From positions 3,200,001 to 3,264,000 of the forward strand of contig OZ244937.1 of assembly GCA_965222075.1 (NCBI GenBank): 64,000 bases of DNA, read 5' to 3'. The DNA is from Candidatus Latescibacterota bacterium (lineage in GTDB: Bacteria; Latescibacterota; UBA2968; GCA-2709665). The translations under genes and the position numbers were made by a program. Below the pieces are notes generated by a model that saw nothing but the letters and a program-made list of their open reading frames with translations, ran no database searches and was not told where the DNA came from. Shown here piece by piece: positions 59,655 to 64,000 of this stretch; positions within the stretch are counted from its first letter, which is position 1, and every line of letters begins with the position of its first letter.

Positions 59655-59690
59655 AAAAAAGGCCCCCGGGGGATGCTATTCCCAGGGGCC
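59655..59690 (-). terminator. Intrinsic terminator after the PFOR remnant
   Basis: GGCCCCTGGGA...CCCCGGGGGCC-TTTTTT. Confidence 0.75.
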
Positions 59691-59716
59691 TGAAGGTAAG
59701 AGAATTACGTTCGCAA

Positions 59717-60126
59717 TTAGATGATGCCGGCCATCTCCTGCAGCATGCGCCAGTTTTCCAACCGGTCTTCCTGCGCCGCCAGCAGCGTCTCCGAGGTGTT
59801 GCCCTCAGCGTCGAAATGCTTGGCAAACCGGCCCTCGGTGCGGGCGAAGTAGATAAAGTCGATCGTCTCGCCCGTTTTGCGGATGGTGTACCAGTCGTCT
59901 TTTACCGCCGGGTTGCCCTTTAGGCTGAGCCGGTCTTTGATGCGGGGGCCCTCACGCGGGTCGTAGATGAAGATGGGGAACGCCCGGGATTCCATTGCGA
60001 GTTTGGCTGGCTGATGTGTTTTTCGACCCAGATGACGGCATCGCCGCCGTCGCCCACGTCCGGGATGCCCGGAAACGGGAACTCAACTGCCTGTTCGGAT
60101 ACAAGCGATTGGACAGCTTGTGCCAT
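59717..60126 (-). pseudogene. 2-oxoacid:ferredoxin oxidoreductase (PFOR-like) deletion scar
   Basis: N-terminus FPGIPDVGDGGDAVIWVEKHISQ joined out of frame to C-terminus AKLAMESRAFP..YDP..RTEGRF..W..LQEMAG. Confidence 0.78.
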
Positions 60127-60616
60127 CCTGCCTCTCCTTATCTTATGGAAACACGGCGGATCTGGGCCTGTGCAGGCTGAGGCTTGCAGATCCGGAGTGA
60201 CCGAATGCGAAACAGATCCAATAGTAGGGTGTCACATTTTTCGACAGCATAAAATAAGTTTCACTAAAACATTGAATTAACAACAACTATAATATAGGAG
60301 AAATCGTTCTCTTCCGCAAGTGATTTAAAGCCCGGGCAGACAGGAGGCCTCCGCAGAACCATCGCACGCAAGGGCAGGAGCCCAGGGAGCAGATGGCGGC
60401 ACAAAATCCAACGGTTTCGAATTTCGCTTGCGTCCCGCCACGGCACCTGCCATATTTAGTCTTATGAGATCACGTCGAATATTTCAGGAGATTGACGATG
60501 CCCAAACTGCGGTATAGCGACGGAGGCCCTGCTCAAGCTGGCCGGAGCGTCCTACAATCCGGCCACCCTGCACGAACCGCCTCGCGGCCGGAGCCAGACC
60601 AAGGAATTCGAGGTTG

Positions 60617-61732
60617 TCAAACAAGATCCCTGGGGGCAGGACCGTGTGCTGTAGAGCCGGGGCTCCGGACCCGGGACACATCTATCGGCCGGCGCCGCTC
60701 TTCCAGCCACTGGAGCTGTTGAATGCTTGGGAAAGAGCAGATCGTGTTCTCCAGGGCGCCGATGCCCCCGCCGAAGCGCATGCGGACGGTGTCGCCTTCC
60801 TGAAGGCCGTTTTTCAGGTCTCCCTCCGCAAAGACGATGGGCGTTCCCCAGTAGAAAATTTGCAGGGCGTCCGCCTTCAGGGGGAGGCGACTGAAGAGGG
60901 ACCGCTCTAGGTGGTAGAGGCCGTCGGGCATGTTGAGGTTGGCCCGGCCTGTGTTCCCCTCTTTGAATGCGATCCGGCGGCCGCTGCGGATGACTTCGCA
61001 GGAGACGGGGATGTGGGTGTCGTCGAATTCCGAGCCGGTGACCAAGACCGGGCCCAGGCTGGCGCAGCCGCCGTGCCAGTTTTTGGCCTGGGGCAGGTTG
61101 AGGGGGTTTTGGGCCTCTATGCCGTTGTCGGTGTAGTCGTTCCCGCCGGTGTATCCGAGGCGTTCGACCTGCCCATCGGCGTTGAGGCCGTAAACCGTGA
61201 CCAGTTCGGTTTCGGGGACGAGGCGAATTGTGTCGGGCGGGCGGGCGATGCAACCGCCGTGTCCGACCAGGTCCTCGGGATCGGTTTTGGCGAAGAGTTC
61301 CGGGATGCCACCCTGTGCGCATTCCCGGTATTTTTGTTCGTAGACGTTGACAGATTCTCCGGTGGCCTGCTTGGCCTCGATCTCGCGGAGTTGGGCGCTG
61401 TCTGCATGGGTCACGCCGGCCAGCCAGATACGGAGTTTGTGAGGGGCGTCGGACGGGGGGCTGACCGGTATTGTGAGATAGGGCCGTTCGGGATCGGACG
61501 TGTTGTTGAGGAGGCCATCCAGGCTCAGGCGCGGGGCGTCTTTAGCGTCGAAGCCCTCCACCGCCTTTTCCAGGCCTTTGGACCGCCCGCCATGGGCGTA
61601 ATAGATCTCGTAGATGGAGGTGGGATAGGGCGGGCAGGCGGTGAGGTCGATGACGGTTTGCCCCTGGATGAGGCCGACGCGGTGAGCGCTTTCGAGGGCG
61701 GTTTTCGGGTGAATGAACTGGAGTATTTTCAC
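60617..61732 (-). CDS. Fumarylacetoacetate hydrolase superfamily protein (keto-deoxy-sugar acid dehydratase-like)
   Basis: AGVTH, PELFAK, PETEL, GNDY..IEAQNPLNLPQAK, SLGP. Confidence 0.8.
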   Translation of the reverse strand: MKILQFIHPKTALESAHRVGLIQGQTVIDLTACPPYPTSIYEIYYAHGGRSKGLEKAVEGFDAKDAPRLSLDGLLNNTSDPERPYLTIPVSPPSDAPHKLRIWLAGVTHADSAQLREIEAKQATGESVNVYEQKYRECAQGGIPELFAKTDPEDLVGHGGCIARPPDTIRLVPETELVTVYGLNADGQVERLGYTGGNDYTDNGIEAQNPLNLPQAKNWHGGCASLGPVLVTGSEFDDTHIPVSCEVIRSGRRIAFKEGNTGRANLNMPDGLYHLERSLFSRLPLKADALQIFYWGTPIVFAEGDLKNGLQEGDTVRMRFGGGIGALENTICSFPSIQQLQWLEERRRPIDVSRVRSPGSTAHGPAPRDLV

Positions 61733-61813
61733 AATCGACTTCCTCAGAAAATGGGTCCCTGTTGCTTGATTCTTTAATTCTGGTGATGAAAGAATAAAAC
61801 GAAAGAGGCGGAT

Positions 61814-62341
61814 ATGTTGATGCAGAATGAAATTCCCGGCATGGGGCGCCGGTTGGTTGGGCTGGTTGTAGACCTGTTTATGCTGCTCCTGGCCCATGTG
61901 CCCATCTCGCTCGCCCTTCGGGAGATGACCCCGTCCCCTGTTGCGGTGCTGGTGCTGGATTACTGTATTTTGCTGGTCTATTCCACGGTCTTTTTGAGTC
62001 GGAGGGGGCAGACGCCGGGGAAGGTGATGACGAGTCTGCGGGTGATCAGCGCAGACGGGGGTGTGGTGACCCAGCAGCAGGCATTTATCCGAGCCCTGGT
62101 AAAGTGGACGCCGATCCTGGGGGTTGTGGTCCTCCAGGCGCTTATTGCGCCTCCCTCTCTGGATCCCCAGGTGGCCCCAGAACCGGACGTTGGTCTGGGA
62201 GATGTGGGTCTGAAAGGGGCGCTGGTCGAAGTGATCCAACTGGGGATATGGCTGGCCCTGGTTCTGATCACCCGGCGACATCCGGACCGGCAGGCACCCC
62301 ACGACCGGGTGGCGGCTACGCTTGTAATGCGATTACCCTGA
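61814..62341 (+). CDS. RDD family membrane protein
   Basis: RRLVGLVVD, GQTPGK, RQAPHDRVAAT. Confidence 0.88.
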   Translation: MLMQNEIPGMGRRLVGLVVDLFMLLLAHVPISLALREMTPSPVAVLVLDYCILLVYSTVFLSRRGQTPGKVMTSLRVISADGGVVTQQQAFIRALVKWTPILGVVVLQALIAPPSLDPQVAPEPDVGLGDVGLKGALVEVIQLGIWLALVLITRRHPDRQAPHDRVAATLVMRLP

Positions 62342-62391
62342 AGGGAATTCGGTTGAAGGTCTTCCGCAATCCCCAATCCGCATTCCGCAAT

Positions 62392-64000
62392 TTACCTGGG
62401 GGGTGCGGCGATTTTGAACTTGCTTTTCCCGCTGGTCGTCTGTTCGCTGTTGAGGTCTTTGACGTTCATCAGGAGGGTGTAGGGTCCGGGTTTTGCCCCG
62501 GCAATGTCCAGTTCCACGTAGTCGTAGACGGAGGGTTCGGTGCCGGTCTGCTCGAAGCGGACTTCGATGGTTTCTCCCGTCTTTTTCCGGATCCCGGGCA
62601 GGATGGTGCTCAGGATGGAGCCGGCGGCGTCTGCCCGTGTCTGGACTTCGTAGGCGATCTCGTAGCGTGTTGCTCCAAACTCGTCCCGCGTGAGGTTGTA
62701 GATTTCGAAGTAGACAAAGAGCGGCTCGGTTGCCAGAAAGGCCACCGGGGGCCAGGGCAGGATGTTCCACTTCCCCCGAACAAAGGTGGAGTCGGAGGCT
62801 TCGGAGGCTTCGGTGATCCGCTTTGCAATCTGGATATCGCTCAGCATGAGCTGGTCGCTGTTGTAATTTGGAAGGGTGAGCGTTGGCTGCCGGTAGACCC
62901 CGGTCAGGTCGGTAAACCGGCGCGTTGCCTGTACAGCGAGTTCGTATCTGCCCGGGTCCGCTTCGAGATTGACCCGGTCCATCGCCAGTTGGCCCCGGCG
63001 TCTGTTCCAGTCGGAGATTGGGATCGCGATGGCCTGCTTTACTTTCTGCAATCCGGAGGAAAGGCCGCCGATAAGGGCGATCCGGCGCTCCACGATGATG
63101 AGGGTATCGGGGTCGGTGGGCAGGGCCACATTGTCGATGGGGAGGCCGATGTTGATCTGAAGGTCGGTCTTTCCGTTCTGGCCCCGGAAGGAGAGCGTCT
63201 GGTAATAAAAATGGAGCGGTTCCAGGTGTGAAAATTTGAAACGCTCCGGCTGTGTTGTCGCCGTAGAGGCCATCCGGACCGCGGGGGCATACCGGGTCAG
63301 GCGCTGAAGAAATTGGAGGAGGTCCTCCGGGGGTTCTTCGCCGGGCCTTACCGCGGGGAGAGGCGCGAAGTTATAGTTGTCGGAATTGAATTCGTCGGTA
63401 AACGCGATTTCGATGCCGTTGTCCACATCGGTATAGACCCAGACCTCCCAGGGGACGGCCGACCAGTCGTAGGTGGTTGTGACCGGGCGCCATCCGACGA
63501 TCCCAATAGAGCCGGCCCCCGCATCCAGGGAACGGTCCTGATTGTCGGTTCCCCGGATGGTTCGAATCGGAAAGACCGGGCCGGCAAAGGAGGCCTGGAG
63601 ACCCTCCTCGCCGTAGAGCTGTTTGGCCATCATCTCCTGGATGCGCTGCACGGGGAGGGGCACTTTGGGGTTGGGCAGGTCCGACGTGGAGCGGTAGTCG
63701 GGCTCCCCGTAGCGGATGTAGACGTCCCCCCGCCGGTCCCAGGTTTTTTTTCTTTTGCCGAAGAAGGTCAGGGCGTGCCAGACCCGGCGGTAGTGTTCGG
63801 TCCGGCGCATGGCGCCCCCGGAGGTCTTAAAGGGGTCCTTGCGAAGCCAGAAGCTCCTCAAGAAGGCCTCCTTGTTTTGAGGCGTTGTGGACTGATAGGC
63901 GCGGGCTTCCCGTTTGAGGCCTACCAATGAGATGTCCTCGTAGAGGGCCTGCGTTTCAGGATCGAGGGTGGCGATATAGCGCTGGAAGATCTCCAGGGCA
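62392..64000 (-). CDS. GWxTD domain protein (5' end outside window)
   Basis: FWLRKDP, EHYRRV, WDRRGDVYIRYGEPD, WEVWVY. Confidence 0.85.
   Translation of the reverse strand, partial: ALEIFQRYIATLDPETQALYEDISLVGLKREARAYQSTTPQNKEAFLRSFWLRKDPFKTSGGAMRRTEHYRRVWHALTFFGKRKKTWDRRGDVYIRYGEPDYRSTSDLPNPKVPLPVQRIQEMMAKQLYGEEGLQASFAGPVFPIRTIRGTDNQDRSLDAGAGSIGIVGWRPVTTTYDWSAVPWEVWVYTDVDNGIEIAFTDEFNSDNYNFAPLPAVRPGEEPPEDLLQFLQRLTRYAPAVRMASTATTQPERFKFSHLEPLHFYYQTLSFRGQNGKTDLQINIGLPIDNVALPTDPDTLIIVERRIALIGGLSSGLQKVKQAIAIPISDWNRRRGQLAMDRVNLEADPGRYELAVQATRRFTDLTGVYRQPTLTLPNYNSDQLMLSDIQIAKRITEASEASDSTFVRGKWNILPWPPVAFLATEPLFVYFEIYNLTRDEFGATRYEIAYEVQTRADAAGSILSTILPGIRKKTGETIEVRFEQTGTEPSVYDYVELDIAGAKPGPYTLLMNVKDLNSEQTTSGKSKFKIAAPPR

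Noticed and set aside
61733-62302. 190-aa extension of the FAH-family ORF
   Set aside because: Antisense to the RDD gene; the likely start is GTG 61732.

Overview
GC-rich bacterial chromosome segment. FlgD-Ig-like PNPFNP C-terminal domains, a GWxTD protein and LRR/Fn3/Calx-beta-rich secreted proteins suggest an FCB-group organism such as Latescibacterota, possibly a host-associated symbiont (inference). Layout: 0-12.9 kb has housekeeping and accessory genes ending at tRNA-Pro. 13-32.5 kb is a minus-strand island of modular secreted proteins built from near-identical DNA modules, behind a sigma-54 promoter, a bEBP and a hybrid kinase. 32.7-53.9 kb is a ~21 kb aromatic amino-acid supraoperon (trpEGDCF-tyrS-trpBA-CM-aroF-tyrA-aroA-like-aroE-menG-argS-aroK-aroB). 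53.9-59.5 kb is the aceE-aceF-lpdA operon, followed by a PFOR deletion scar and FAH, RDD and GWxTD genes. Best candidates for new biology: (1) an unannotated 31-aa Phe/Trp/Tyr-rich leader peptide with complete 1:2, 2:3 and 3:4 helices, i.e. a trivalent aromatic attenuator; (2) a RAYT transposase plus TA cassette bracketed by 151-bp REP-containing direct repeats, with a REP pair translated inside the transposase; (3) tiny CCTG...CAGG palindromes that insert without target duplication and nest inside each other; (4) a full-length AroA homologue lacking most catalytic residues. All coordinates were read by eye and may be off by a few bases.
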